Source of the DNA: Naegleria gruberi
Taxonomy: Eukaryota
Strand: one strand, 5' to 3'
Length of the DNA: 64,000 nucleotides
Assembly (NCBI GenBank): GCA_000004985.1
Contig: GG738847.1
The position numbers and the translations under genes were made by a program. This document shows, one piece after another, positions 22,795 to 36,197 of the stretch. Numbering within the stretch: position 1 is the stretch's first letter; every line of letters begins with the position of its first letter. A model generated the notes under the pieces. It worked only from the letters and a program-made list of their open reading frames with translations, ran no database searches and was not told the origin of the DNA.

Positions 22795-22922
22795 TCGGTT
22801 TTTTTAGGGGTAAAGTTTAAAATGTTGACAAGCCAATCACAGCTAGAGCAAAGCAAAATGTGACCCTAAAAAACCCTCTAAAAAATATTCGGGTTTTCTT
22901 CAAATTCAGGGAATAAAAAAGA

Positions 22923-23546
22923 ATGAAAAACTCATCACTACAAACTGGAAACAAACTTGTTGCAGAGAGAACCAAAGCACATCAACATTCTGAATTTCTA
23001 GAGAAGGTTAAAATACATGGCAGAACTCCAATGAATCATCCTGAATTTTATAAAGTGATGGAAGTTTGCAATGAATCTCTTCCCTATGTTCAATCATTGA
23101 ATAATTCTACCAATCAAGATGAAATACATCAAAGATTTGGTGAATTAATTGATAGTCCATTAGATAAATCCACAGGTGTATTTATACCATTTCATACTAA
23201 TTATGGAAAAAATATCAAAATTGGAAAGAATGTTTTTATTAATCATAATTGTTCATTCTTAGATCTTGGAGGTATTACAATTGAAGATGATGTAATGATT
23301 GGACCATGTGTTAAAATTACAAGTGAAGATCATCCAATTTCAGTTAAGGAACGTAAAACTTTAATTACAAAAAATGTACTAATTAAGAAGAATGCTTGGA
23401 TTGGAGCAGGTGCAACCATTCTTCCAGGTATAATTATTGGTGAAAATTCTATTGTTGCAGCAGGTGCAGTTGTTACTAAAAATGTTGAACCCAATACAAT
23501 TGTTGGTGGAATACCTGCCAAAGTCATTAAACAAATTGAAGATTAA
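22923..23546 (+). CDS. hexapeptide-repeat (left-handed beta-helix) O-acetyltransferase of the maltose/galactoside acetyltransferase family
   Basis: ATG at 22923. Hexapeptide repeats run through GKNVFINHNCSFLDLGGITIEDDVMIGPCVKI…AWIGAGATILPGIIIGENSIVAAGAVVTKNVEPNTIVGGIPAKVIK. Confidence 0.8.
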   Translation: MKNSSLQTGNKLVAERTKAHQHSEFLEKVKIHGRTPMNHPEFYKVMEVCNESLPYVQSLNNSTNQDEIHQRFGELIDSPLDKSTGVFIPFHTNYGKNIKIGKNVFINHNCSFLDLGGITIEDDVMIGPCVKITSEDHPISVKERKTLITKNVLIKKNAWIGAGATILPGIIIGENSIVAAGAVVTKNVEPNTIVGGIPAKVIKQIED

Positions 23547-23615
23547 CATTTAACTTTAATAAATATTATTTGACATGAAATGGTCATTCGAATTGGTGGA
23601 AAAAAGAATCAGTAC

Positions 23616-24956
23616 TTAAACTCTTCTCTTTTCATGTTTAGCACCATAATAAGTATGATAATCAGTAACAAGTTGATGATCGTTATTAATTTTTGATTCA
23701 TCATCCAATCGAAGTGAATCAAAAAATTCATGTAATAAAAGATCTTTAGCACTTGTTCCACTCGATGATTTGATACTTCTCTTCAAATCACTAAATAATT
23801 TAGTATCTTCCTTAGTAGATGTGGATGAATCTAATTTAATTCTCTTTGTTAAAATTTCCTTCACTCTATCTAAATCACTATTAAATGCATTCGAATGAAA
23901 AATATTTCCACTTTCAATTTCTTCTCCATCTTCTTTTTGAATTCTACTCAATCCATAATCTGCAATTTTTAACATGAAATTACATTCAATTAACCAAATA
24001 TATTCATCTTGTTCAATCTTTTCAAAGAATGCAATACCCTTCTTATCTGATTTTGGAAGTTTCTTATAAAGTACATTTCTTTCATGCATATCATTATGTT
24101 GGAAACCAATGGATTCTGCAATTGCAAGTGCAAATATTAATTGAAATGCAATTGATTTAGCAAATGAAAGTGAAACCTTTCCATTGATTGAATTTTCTTG
24201 AATTAAATCAACAATTCCACCATCACACTTCTCCATCATGATATTAAAATAATGTGGACATGATGTCTGTTTCTTTTTTCTTTTAGGTTGCTCCATTTCT
24301 TCTTCTTCTGAATCAGTTTCATCATCATATAAATCATCCTCAGGACATGTTGTACTTGAGAATGAACTAAACACATTTGGAAATAAATTCAATTTTCCAA
24401 CTCTCATTTTAGTTAATTCTTTTTGAATTTTAAATTCTCTAATGGGTGTACAATTTTCTTGTTTCTTTACAATTTGTTGACTTTTAACAGCAATATTTGG
24501 TGTTTTAAAAGATGGAGAAAATAATGAATTTAAAGCATTACTTGTTGCATTGGAAGGTGAAAATAAAACATTTGGATCAATGTTTTTGAGTGGTGTTCTA
24601 GGTGTTGGTGTTCTTTCACCTCCTGATTCAGAATCAGCATTGCTCTGTTCATTGTTCTTTTCATTCTCTTTTGATAGAATAATTACACTTCCATATTTAC
24701 CTGACATGATATTTGTATCCTTCTGTACTGCTAATTTTTTACGTTTCACTTCGTCGCGAAATCTCTTATTGGGTGTTTTCAACATGTTGGCAAAATTGAT
24801 GGCACTCGTATTAGTACTAGCAGAGTTGATGATTTGTTTACGAGGTGTTGTTAATCTGGATGGAGAGGAATCACATAATGGTGTTGGAGGTTGTTGTGGT
24901 GGTAGTGCACTACTTGTTGTTGCGGAACGTGATGAGGCTCTGGTTGTTCTACGCAT
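23616..24956 (-). CDS. haspin-like protein kinase (C-lobe conserved, N-lobe not recognisable)
   Basis: It has the haspin-specific catalytic loop FQHNDMHERNVLY (compare FEHRDLHWGNVLL) and the DYTLSR-type motif KIADYGLSR. The collinear C-lobe runs to the C-terminus. The N-terminal 250 aa are low-complexity with no Gly-loop or VAIK. Confidence 0.6.
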   Translation of the reverse strand: MRRTTRASSRSATTSSALPPQQPPTPLCDSSPSRLTTPRKQIINSASTNTSAINFANMLKTPNKRFRDEVKRKKLAVQKDTNIMSGKYGSVIILSKENEKNNEQSNADSESGGERTPTPRTPLKNIDPNVLFSPSNATSNALNSLFSPSFKTPNIAVKSQQIVKKQENCTPIREFKIQKELTKMRVGKLNLFPNVFSSFSSTTCPEDDLYDDETDSEEEEMEQPKRKKKQTSCPHYFNIMMEKCDGGIVDLIQENSINGKVSLSFAKSIAFQLIFALAIAESIGFQHNDMHERNVLYKKLPKSDKKGIAFFEKIEQDEYIWLIECNFMLKIADYGLSRIQKEDGEEIESGNIFHSNAFNSDLDRVKEILTKRIKLDSSTSTKEDTKLFSDLKRSIKSSSGTSAKDLLLHEFFDSLRLDDESKINNDHQLVTDYHTYYGAKHEKRRV

Positions 24957-25536
24957 TTTTTATTGGATTTAAAGGTACTCTTTGATTTTTCTAACGGATA
25001 GCTTTGGCGGGCTTCTACTGTCATATGGAAAATGTAATGAAGAAAAGATGATGGGTTTACATTCAAAGAAAGAAATGAACACTGTATCAAATGACAACTC
25101 CACCAAGATAAAACAATCATATTATTCTCTGACATTCACTATTTTCTTTGTTCTTAATGAAATTTGGAAGATTGACCCAACACATTCCAATTCTAATTTT
25201 CAGAGAGAATACGGAATATTAAAAGAAGGTGAAATATGCTTTCTAAGCCAAATAAATCTTCTTCTTCACATCTTCTATTGAGAAGAGGAGCCAAACAACT
25301 TTCCATTGAGGAACGAATTTCCCATCTTTTAAAACAATCAACTCCCACACTCCGGAGAATCACACAACTCCAAATACCAAATTATTCCACTCGCTCAAAC
25401 ACTTTAAAAAAAATTAGCAGTGTAACTCCCACACAAGTATTCTTCTTCTAGTGTGTATTCTATAAATTATCATCATCATCACCAATAATCATCATCATCA
25501 TCATCAACAATAACATTGAAATTCATCATCACAATC

Positions 25537-27393
25537 ATGAATGATAATTCAGCCTATTACTTGTCATCAGAGACACCCATAATGAATCCACCCTTTCTTC
25601 TTTCATCAAATCAAGAAGATCCATCATTACTATCAATAAATAATGTTGGATATGGTGGAGTGGGAGATTTGAATGAATCAACAGATCATTTACTAGGATC
25701 CAATGAAGTAGTTGATAATCAACAACAACAATTAAATCATGATGATTTAAATAATGAACATGAAGTTATAATTAAGAAACAACTTCCATCTAAAACTAAT
25801 TCCTTTTCAACTTTTTTAAATTTAACTAAAACATTTGCAGGTGCATCAACTTTTGCTTTACCTTGGAGTTTTAAACAATCTGGATTACTGACAGGTGTAT
25901 TAATTGTATTATTTCTTGCTATTTTAAGTAATTACACAATGAAATTATTGATTAAATGTAGAAGATATATACAGTCACAAGAAGAATATAAAGAATCATC
26001 TGAATATTGGAAGATTAGACCAGTAAGATTACCAATTTCTCATAAAAAAGAATTAAATGATGAAGGAAAATTAATTAATTTACCAATTTATCCTAAAAAA
26101 CATTCACCACCTAAAACTATTGATGAAAATGGTGAAATTATTACAACTATTGAAAAGTCAATTGATCCAAATGATTATATTTATGAACAAGATAGAATTA
26201 TAACTTATATTGATATTGGATATGAAGCAATGGGTAATTTTGGAAGTATACTTGTATATGTATTAATGGTTATGTGTAATGTTGGTGTTGGTACAATTTA
26301 TTTAGTTTTAATGGCTGGTTGTTTAAATGGAATGGTTCCAGAAGTTCCATTAAGAGTTTGGATGTTATTTTTCATTCCACTTTTCATTGTACTTTCTTGG
26401 ATTCGTTCTTACAAATATTTAGCACCACTCACAATGATTGGAACTATTGCTTTATTATTGGCCCTCGGTTCTGTACTTGTTTATGGTTTCATTTATCAAA
26501 GACATAATATGAAATGGCCATGGGAATATGCTCATGTTGCTTGGATTGAACCTTCTACATTGGTATGTTATTGTGAATTGATTCTTTGAATGATTGTTAA
26601 TTGTTAATGATTGAATGATTGTTAATGTGATTGTTAAATGATTGAATAATTGTTATTCTTGATATATAGCCACTTTGTATTGGTAATGTAATGTTCTTGT
26701 TTTGTACTCATACAATGATGTTATCAATTGAACAATCAATGAAAACAAGAAAAAGATACTATACTACTCTCAATTTTTCATTCATTTTTGTAGTTATTGT
26801 TAATTTGACATTTGGATTGGTAAGTTTAATCATTATTTCTCTCTCTAACATATTTCACATTATATTAATGTCATGAATAATAGTTGGTATTTGAATTCTT
26901 CCCTTATAATATTGAACAAAGTGCAACTGAAAATCTTCCACAGAATTCCATTTTTGTCTATATAATTCAATCATGTTTATGTTTAGAAGTTATATTAACA
27001 TATACAGTTGTATTAATGCCAGTTGGTGAATTATTTGATGAAAAGATTTTACAAAAATTATTAGAAAAATTGAAGAGATTTGTCAAGAATCAAAAATTCT
27101 CTAAATTTCTCTATTTCCTACTGAGTGTATTATTTAGAAGTTTAATTGTTGTTATAACAGTTGGATTAGCAGAGGTATTTGGTGATAGATTTGGAGTAGT
27201 CATGTCATTCATTGGCGCACTTTCACCAAATCCATTAGCTTTTGTTTTACCTCCACTTTTTTATTTAATTATTATGAGAAAGACAATTTCATTACCTACT
27301 TTTATTTTAAATGCTTTTATTATTGTATTTGGTGTTTTAACAATGGTATGGAATACTTATTCAAGTATAATGTCAATAATTAATGAAAAATAA
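25537..27393 (+). CDS. transmembrane amino-acid transporter (Aa_trans / SLC36-38-like), three exons
   Basis: Exons are 25537..26562, 26670..26819 and 26884..27393. Donors are GTATGT (26563) and GTAAGT (26820); acceptors are atatag and aataatag; phases are conserved. The Aa_trans N-terminal motif is FSTFLNLTKTFAGASTFALPWSFKQSGLLTG, with multiple TM segments. Confidence 0.8.
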
Positions 27394-27814
27394 ATGAAAA
27401 ATAAATGAATGCTTAGTTAATGATTAATCTTTTAGTAAATTCTAACCCTTATCTGTTTTATATGGAGATATTTTTGTAAACAACAATGTTAATATGTTCC
27501 AAAGACATTCGCCTTTGGAGATAGATATTGTGCATGTTTTTACTCCTCACTGCTATTGATGATTGAATTTACAATAGGAAGGAAAATTAAAATGGAGATG
27601 ATGATAATTAATTTTCCATCACTGCGATGCACACTCTTACTAAAATTGTCCTATTCATAGATAAGGTGCGTACTTTAAATTAAAAAAAAAGCCTCAACAA
27701 CAATCAACTTGAACCTATTTTCTTTTAAATCCTCATCGACAACAATATTATAGGCTATATAGACTATAATTATACAATCTACACCAACAAACAAACGATA
27801 TACATTTTACAACA

Positions 27815-29167
27815 ATGACAACTTCAACAGATACTGATAGTCAATATTCATCTGTGGTCGGAAAAGAAATTGATGATCATGATGAACAACCAACACTTTT
27901 AGATGTTTTATTATGTTGTTGTATGCCATCACTAAGACCTTCACGTTTAATTTATTCAATTTTATATCCAACATTGAATACAATTTTAAATCAATTTGGA
28001 AATTTTAAACTTGAAAAGATTATTAGAAATATAGTAACTCATCCAATCACTAAATTTATAACTATTCATTATGTTAAAATAATTAGTGTATTAACTTATT
28101 TAAGCATATCATTAATACTTTCAGGATTAGGAGCATTCTTCTTTTCATTAATGTTATTAACTTATTATAGACCACCAACACAATTTGATCATCCAATCTT
28201 TTTTATTAGAAATGGAACAACATTAAGTGCTAATGTGACACTTTTATCACATGATACCTCTAAATCACTTGTTCAAAATGGATTGTATATTGATACTTTT
28301 AAAGTTAAATTTAATTTACCTGAATCAAATGTAAATAGAGATATTGGAATGTTTTCAATTCATGCAGAATTTTATGATAGATATAATTCAAAACTTTATT
28401 CAACATCTAGAAGTGTATGTGTTAAATCTTTAAATCATTCTCAAGGTTTTTCTCAGAGTATTCTCAAATATAAATCAGTAATGAGTGAATTAGTTAATAC
28501 TGTATTTTCATTACCATATGCTTTATTAGGAAAAGCTGATGAAACTGAAACTCAATCTGTTGATATGTTAACTGAAACACAATTATTAGAATTTAATTCA
28601 AGAGTTGTACAAAGAGCTTCACATGTTTATGTTTGGTTATCTCATGATAATTTACAAATTTATAGCAGTAGTATTCAATTATTTGCAAGGGTTACTGGAG
28701 TTTGGCATTATTTGTATCAATATCCAATCACTTGCTTTTTAATTCTATTCCCAATGGCTTTTCTTTCAAATATGAGTGGTTATTTATTTGTTGGTGCCTT
28801 TTTATTTTACAAATTTATTTACAGTAGTGGAAAATCAAATAGCATTACTACTAGTACAATTACAAAACAATCTATTAAGCAACAAGCAACTTCTAATGAA
28901 AGTTCAACTACTTCAAGAAAGAAAAAGATTACAACAACAACTGTTAGAAGAAAGAAGATTATTCATACCTCATCATCTGATTCTATCAGTGATGATAATG
29001 ATAGTATTGATGAGGACATTAATGAAAATATTGAGAATGATGAACAACAACCAAGTAGAATTGATTCACCTTCTCAAAGCTCTACAACAAGTACAACAAA
29101 AAGACAAGCTGCCTCAAACAAATTGAAAAAGAGATTAAAGAAGAGAATTGAATTACAAGATGAATAA
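27815..29167 (+). CDS. seipin (BSCL2/Sei1 homolog), an ER lipid-droplet biogenesis protein
   Basis: ATG at 27815. The topology is TM1, lumenal domain, TM2. The lumenal domain carries the seipin signature NLPESNVNRDIGMFSIHAEFYDRYNSKLYSTSRSVCVKS (compare human LELPESPVNQDLGMFLV…STSSRSVML) and IQLFARVTGVWHYLYQYPITCFLIL (compare [32 protein letters not shown]). Confidence 0.75.
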   Translation: MTTSTDTDSQYSSVVGKEIDDHDEQPTLLDVLLCCCMPSLRPSRLIYSILYPTLNTILNQFGNFKLEKIIRNIVTHPITKFITIHYVKIISVLTYLSISLILSGLGAFFFSLMLLTYYRPPTQFDHPIFFIRNGTTLSANVTLLSHDTSKSLVQNGLYIDTFKVKFNLPESNVNRDIGMFSIHAEFYDRYNSKLYSTSRSVCVKSLNHSQGFSQSILKYKSVMSELVNTVFSLPYALLGKADETETQSVDMLTETQLLEFNSRVVQRASHVYVWLSHDNLQIYSSSIQLFARVTGVWHYLYQYPITCFLILFPMAFLSNMSGYLFVGAFLFYKFIYSSGKSNSITTSTITKQSIKQQATSNESSTTSRKKKITTTTVRRKKIIHTSSSDSISDDNDSIDEDINENIENDEQQPSRIDSPSQSSTTSTTKRQAASNKLKKRLKKRIELQDE

Positions 29168-29495
29168 ACTGTTAAAACCTTAAATTGATGATAAAACAAT
29201 CAGAAATCATTATTCTCAAAAATGTAATATCCTTAACCTTCTTGATGTATTCATGAATCACTCATTAAATGTTGTGCACCTTAATCAATGTTGTATGACA
29301 ACTCAAGAATGTATTCTTCCTCTGATACAAGTTGTTTATTAAAATCAGAGTCAATGGATGATACAAAATACAACATGCTGCTAATTCTTTCTCTCGGTAA
29401 GTTGTCAATGCAAAGAAACACGGAAAGCCTTCGGCATTTGAATAAAAAATATTCCAAATTACAAAAAAAATACAACCACTTGGAAAACCCTTATA

Positions 29496-31207
29496 ATGTC
29501 ATCCGAAATTTTAAAACAAGGTGCCCACGAAGAAAAGGGTGAAATGGCCTTTATGGTATGTATAGAGAAATTTGATGATGTATATTAAAGGATTGATGAT
29601 AAACGGGATGTGGATTTTCTTCATTTCATACAACAACAAAAATTTGATACAATATTGATAATACTTTTTTAAAAACAACAATACAACAGAGTAACATCAT
29701 TGGTGCCATTGCTGTAGCTGACCTTCTTAAAACAACCCTTGGTCCAAAGGGTATGGATAAGATTTTAGTTAAAGTTTCTGAAGGAGCCGACGGAAAGGTT
29801 GAAGTCACCAACGATGGTGCCACTATCTTGAAAGCCCTTTCTATTCAAAATCCAGCTGCTAGAATTCTTGTAGATATTGCCAAGACCCAAGATGAAGAAG
29901 TTGGTGATGGTACTACTTCAGTTTGTGTCTTCACAGGAGAATTGTTGAGACAAGGAGAAAAACTTTTAGATCAAAAGATACACCCTCAAACTATTATTTC
30001 TGGTTGGAGAAAGGCTTTAACTGTTGCTCACGCATCACTTTTGAAGGCCTCTGTTGATCACGGAAATGATAAGGAAGCATTGAAGAATGACTTGTTAAAC
30101 ATTGCACGTACAACATTATCATCAAAGATTTTGCAACAAGAAAAGGAATTGTTCGCTCAACTTGCTGTTGAAGCTGTTCTTAGATTGAACGGAAGTACTG
30201 ATTTAAATCATATTCAAATTCTTAAGAAGCCAGGTGGTTCTATGAAGGACAGTTATTTGGATGACGGATTTCTTCTTGATAAAAGTGTAGGAGTTGGTCA
30301 ACCAAAGAAAATGGAAAATTGTAAGATTCTCGTTTCTAACACACCTATGGATACTGATAAAATTAAGATTAACGGTGCTGTTGTAAAGACAGCCAGTATT
30401 GCTACACTTTCAGAAATTGAAAAGGCTGAAAAGGAAAAGATGAAGAAAAAATGTCAAAAGATTGTTGATCACGGAATTAATGTTTTCATTAACAGACAAC
30501 TTATTTATGATTATCCTCAAGAATACTTTGCTGATAATGGAGTTATGGCTATTGAACATGCCGATTTTGAAGGTGTTGAAAGATTGGCTCTCGTTTTGGG
30601 TGCTGAAATTGTTTCAACATTTGAACATCCAGAATTAGTTAAATTGGGAACTTGTGCTGCTGTTGAAGAAATAATGATTGGTGAAGACAAACTTTTGAGA
30701 TTTAGAGGATGTGCTAAGAATGAAGCTTGTACAATTGTTTTACGTGGTGCTTCTACTCACCTTTTGGAAGAAGCTGATCGTTCTCTCCATGATGCTCTCT
30801 GTGTCTTGTCTCAAACTGTTCTTAACACAAAGACTGTTTTGGGAGGTGGTTGTAGTGAAATGTTGATGGCTAAAGCTGTCTCTGAAGCTGCTAAACAAAC
30901 TCCTGGTAAGGAATCAATTGCTATGGAAGCTTTCGCTAACGCTCTTAAGGCAATGCCTGCTATCCTTGCTGACAATGCTGGTTTGGACTCTGCTGAATTG
31001 GTTTCCGTTCTTGAAACTGAACATTACAAGGGTAATTCTGATTTTGGTATTGATGTTGTCAAAGGTGAAATTGGAAATTTGAGAACTTTAGGTATAACAG
31101 AATCATTCAAAGTGAAAGAACAAGTTCTTTTATCTGCATCGGAAGCTGCTGAAATGATTATCAGAACTGACGAAATTTGCTACTGTGCCCCTAGACAAAG
31201 AGAATAA
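29496..31207 (+). CDS. cct2: T-complex protein 1 (CCT/TRiC chaperonin) subunit beta, two exons
   Basis: Exon 1 is 29496..29555 ([20 protein letters not shown]) with a GTATGT donor. The intron spans 29556..29689. Exon 2 is 29690..31207. The full length is collinear with CCT-beta ([26 protein letters not shown]…[18 protein letters not shown]…[28 protein letters not shown]). Confidence 0.9.
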
Positions 31208-31477
31208 TCAACCTAAATTTATTAAATAATTTATAATTTATCTTAAGTTCCTCTATTCTGTGTATTTGAGTCATTGATATCATTGATATCTATCCTTTCA
31301 ACACAATTTTATTTTGAATTGTTCCATTCCCAACTAGCCTGAAAATTCCCTCCATTTAAAACAACACAAAAAAATTCAATTAATTACCAACAACTCTTAG
31401 CATCATCCTCACTCTTGTTTAAATAATAATTTGATCATCAAATAGTTTAAAACAATCGGATCAAATACTTATAGAGG

Positions 31478-34400
31478 ATGGCTCCAAGGAGATCAACTAG
31501 GTCCAACAAGATTGAAAAAGCAGGTTCAAGTGAAGATAAACCAATTCTCACACCTGCCAATGTTATTACGTATGTATGAATTTAAATTGTTTAATTAGAG
31601 GCTAATAATTTATTAACTTACAAATAGAATTTTGAAAGAATATCAAACTAAAATCCAAGATGAAATTAAGTTCATCAAATCAACAGGTGATGGTCGTACT
31701 AAATATCTTCACTATTACTTGGAGACTTTGAATAGTTCGGAGATTGATTTTTCAATCATGGAAGCCTTGGAACAAAGTTTAATTCCTGATTCTTCTTCTG
31801 CTACCAACAATAACTCTACTTCTTCTAGTAGCACCAGTAATGATGATGATAATAACATAACAATGGTGGAAGCAACAAGCAGTGTTGATGAACAACCAGC
31901 AACAGCAGTTGTGGATAAAGTAATTGTGGAACAACAAGTTGAGCAAACAAAGGCTAAATCACCAACTCCATCTATTGAACAAGTTAATGATGATTCTATT
32001 ATGAAGGATGACCAAGTGGTTGAACCAACATCATCACACGTTGTTGAAACCACTCCAATAGTAGTAAAACATTCACCTATTCATAAAGATGATTCTACAA
32101 CAAGTGAGCAACAACAAGTAGATTCTACCACTCTGATTTTACCACCATCACAATCAACACCAACTATTGAACAAGTTATTACAACATCAACACCACCTCC
32201 TTTATCACCACCTCCAACAACAACAATACCAATAGTAACATCAGACAAAGTTAACAAAGAAATCTTACCTCCTACAGTTCAAGAAGATATAACATTACCA
32301 CCACCAATCACTACTACCAACAATGCTACTACTCCTCCTACCACCACTAGTATTATACCACCAACAATAGAACCATCAACAAGAGAAGTGACTGAGGAAG
32401 AGGAAACAATTGAAAGTGATGAAGAAGAGGATGAAGATTATCAACCTTCTAAAAAGAAGGCTAAATATACAACATCATCATCTAGTACTACTACTTCTTC
32501 TTCAAATGATGATGAAATTATAATTGATAAAGAAAGATTAGCAGAGGATGAATTACTTTCAAAAGAAAAGGAAATTTTGAAACAAGTTAAAGAAATGCAA
32601 AAGAGAGGAGAATGGCTTCCACAAACACAACAAAAAATTGGAAAAGAACCAAAAATTAACACAACACATTGGGATTATCTATTAATGGAAATGCAATTTA
32701 TTCAAAGTGAAAATGCAAAAGAAAAGAAATGGAAAATGTCAACAGCTAAAAAGAATGCCAAAAATGTTGCTAAATATCATGAACAATTAATTCAACTTGA
32801 AGTGAAAAAGAAAAAAGAAGCAGAAGCTCATTTAAGAAAACAAGCTTCAAAAATTGCTAAAATTGTCAAGACTGAATTTTGGGATAAGATTAGAAAACTT
32901 GTTACTTTTAAAAATCAATCAATTATTGATGAAACAAAACAACAATTATTAGCTGAAAAGAGAGATTTACTTGTTCAACAAACTGAAAAATTTACACAAC
33001 TCATTTCACAAGATTTAATTTTACAACCAACACCTTTACAAAATTCAAGTAATAGTACTGAATCAACAGCGACCACTACTATCAATGATAATACTAGTAA
33101 TAATAATAATACAGATAGTAGTAGTAACAATGATAATATGGATACAACTTCAGATGATAAAAATACAGCAACACCATCAGTTGAATCATTAATTTTAAAT
33201 AATTCTTCAGAAACTAATGAAGCAGAAGAAGAAGATTTTGATTCAGAAGAAGAATCAGATTTATCTGACGATCATATCATTGATTCTGATGATGAAGATG
33301 AGGATTATGAAGATGAAATTGCAATGTTACAAAAAGATATGGAAATGGATACTGAACAACTTCTTTTACAACATTACAATAAACCTCCACAAGATGAGGA
33401 GGAATTGTCATCACCACCACAACAAGAACAACAATCAGATGCCATTTCTACTACCACCACCAATACAACTACTTCCAATGATCATCATACTATGAGTGAT
33501 GAAACTCTTACAAATATAGCAACTACATCTGATAATACTAATAGTAATAATAATACTAGTGATAATAATAATCAAAATGATAATGCTAAATTTATTCAAG
33601 TAGCAGAGGATGCTAAACAATATCAACCAACAGGATGTACACTTCAAAGTACCAAAGTTAAAACACCAATTCCATATCTATTAGATAAAGATTTAGTATT
33701 GAGAGAATACCAACAAATTGGACTTGATTGGTTAGTAACAATGCATGATAAGGGATTGAATGGAATTTTAGCAGATGAAATGGGATTAGGTAAAACTATC
33801 ATGACCATTGCACTTATTGCACATTTAGCATCTAAAGAAGAAATATGGGGACCACATTTAGTTGTTGTACCTTCAAGTGTTTTATTGAATTGGGAAATTG
33901 AATTTAAAAGATGGTGTCCCTCATTGAAAATACTTTCCTATCACGGAACACAAAAACAGAGAAAGGATAAGAGAGTTGGATGGAGTAAACCAAATGCATT
34001 TCATGTTTGCATTACTTCATACAATTTAGTAATACAAGATGCTCTATCATTTAAGAGAAAGAAATGGCACTATTTAATTCTAGATGAAGCTCATCATATT
34101 AGAAATTTTAAAGGTCAAGCATGGCAAACATTGTTAAATTTTAATACTGAAAAGAGATTATTATTAACAGGTACACCATTACAAAATAATGTTATGGAAT
34201 TGTGGTCATTGATGCATTTTTTAATGCCACAAGTATTTCAATCTCATTCAGAATTTAAAGATTGGTTTTCAAATTCAATTCAAGGAATGGTTGAAGGTAA
34301 ACAAGAATTGAATAGAGAATTAATTTCACGTTTACATACAATTTTAAGACCATTCATTTTGAGAAGATTAAAGAAGGAAGTTTCAGAACAATTACCTTCA

Positions 34401-36197
34401 AAACAAGAACATGTTATCAAAGTTAGACTTTCACAAAGACAACGAAATTTATATGAAGATTTTATATCAAGATCTGATACGAGAGAAACTTTAGCTTCAG
34501 GAAATGTTTTTAAAATGATTAATGTTGTAATGCAATTAAGAAAAGTTTGTAATCATCCAGATTTATTTGAACCACGTCCAATTATTTCTCCACTTTCATT
34601 ACAACCTTTAGAATTATTATCAATTCCATTAGATTTTATTAATATCGATAATATTTATTATGGTTCTAATGAATATATGAATGATAATTCAAATAGATTG
34701 AAATCTTTACAATTTACTTTGAAAAATTATTTCAATTTCATTTTTACACAATATGAAATGGAAATGAATCATTATCATTATTATCAAGTTAAACAGTTAA
34801 AAATTCAACCTTATCAATCATTTATTAATAATAATCATAGTAATAGTAATCATATCAATAGTAATAATAGTAATACTAATAATAATAATAATCATAACAA
34901 TAATAATACTACCAATAATAATAATACTAACAAATCATTATTATTATTAGAAAATTTAACAATTGAAGAAGAGGAATATTTATATAAAATGTATCCTGAT
35001 TTAAATATTGATAAACATTTAGATAATCCATATTTTAAGAAACGTTCATTAGAAATGGCACTTGAAAGATATAATGAAAAATCTAATAGATTAGCATATA
35101 TGCAATTAGTTAATCAAAATAGATATAAAAGAAGACCTATTTATGGATATAATTTAATTAAAAAGATTGAAAGTTTATATTTAAATGATCATTTAAGAAA
35201 ATATCATGAACATTCTAATATTAGAAATGTTAATCATTTAGAAATGAGTAATATTTTATTAGAAATGTGTAAAACTTATCAAGATGTTGCTCAAGATTAT
35301 GATTTTGAATTGAATAATTTTATTTGTTTTATTCATCCAGCTAGAACAAGTGAAGAATCACAAATAAGAGAAGTATCAACTATTAGATATAAGAGAGATG
35401 AAATGAATGAAAATTCTAGACAATTAATTTCATCAACATTGGATTTAATAAGAAAACCATCTATTAGAATGCAAATGCATTTTCCTGATAAACGTTTATT
35501 ACAATTTGATTGTGGTAAACTTCAAAAATTATCAAATTTATTAAAAGATTTAAAGAGAGGTGGACATAGAATATTAATATTTACTCAAATGAGTAAAATG
35601 TTAGATGTATTAGAATCATTCATGTCAATGAATGGACATTCATATTTTAGACTTGATGGTCAAACTAAATTAGAAGAAAGACAATACATGATGGAAAGAT
35701 TTAACACTGATCCTAAAATATTTGCATTCATTTTATCAACAAGAAGTGGAGGTGTTGGTATTAATTTAACAGGTGCAGATACTGTTATATTTTATGATAG
35801 TGATTGGAATCCTGCAATGGATGCACAAGCACAAGATAGATGTCACAGAATTGGTCAAACTAGAAATGTTAATATTTATCGTTTAATAAGTGAATCAACT
35901 ATTGAAGAACGTATTTTACTTAAAGCCAATCAAAAAAGACACATGAATGAAATTGTTATACATAATGGTGCATTTACACCTGATTTTTTAAAGAATCAAA
36001 TGGAAGTGAGAGATTTATTTCAAGATTCAATTGATTTTTCATCTGCATTGAAATCTGCTGAAGAACAAATGTTAACTTTTAATACTACTACTACTAGTAA
36101 TATAATAATAGAAGAACTATTATTTCTACTAATAGTGATGATAATGATGATGGATCAAAGGAAAATTATAATGAAAAGGATTTGGATAGAATTTTAG
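31478..36197 (+). CDS. SWR1/SRCAP-family SNF2 chromatin-remodelling ATPase (HSA domain plus split ATPase with a long Asn-rich insert); the 3' end probably continues to ~36846 through extra short introns or frameshifts
   Basis: Exon 1 is 31478..31569 (MAPRRSTRSNKIEKAGSSEDKPILTPANVIT) with a GTATGT donor and acaaatag acceptor. Exon 2 starts at 31628. The HSA motif is EPKINTTHWDYLLMEMQFIQSENAKEKKWK. SNF2 motif I is ILADEMGLGKTI, motif II DEAHHIRN, motif III LLLTGTPLQNN, and the helicase-C is FILSTRSGGVGINLTGADTVIFYDSDWNPAMDAQAQDRCHRIGQ. The reading frame changes near 36100, 36230-36290 and 36590. Confidence 0.85.
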
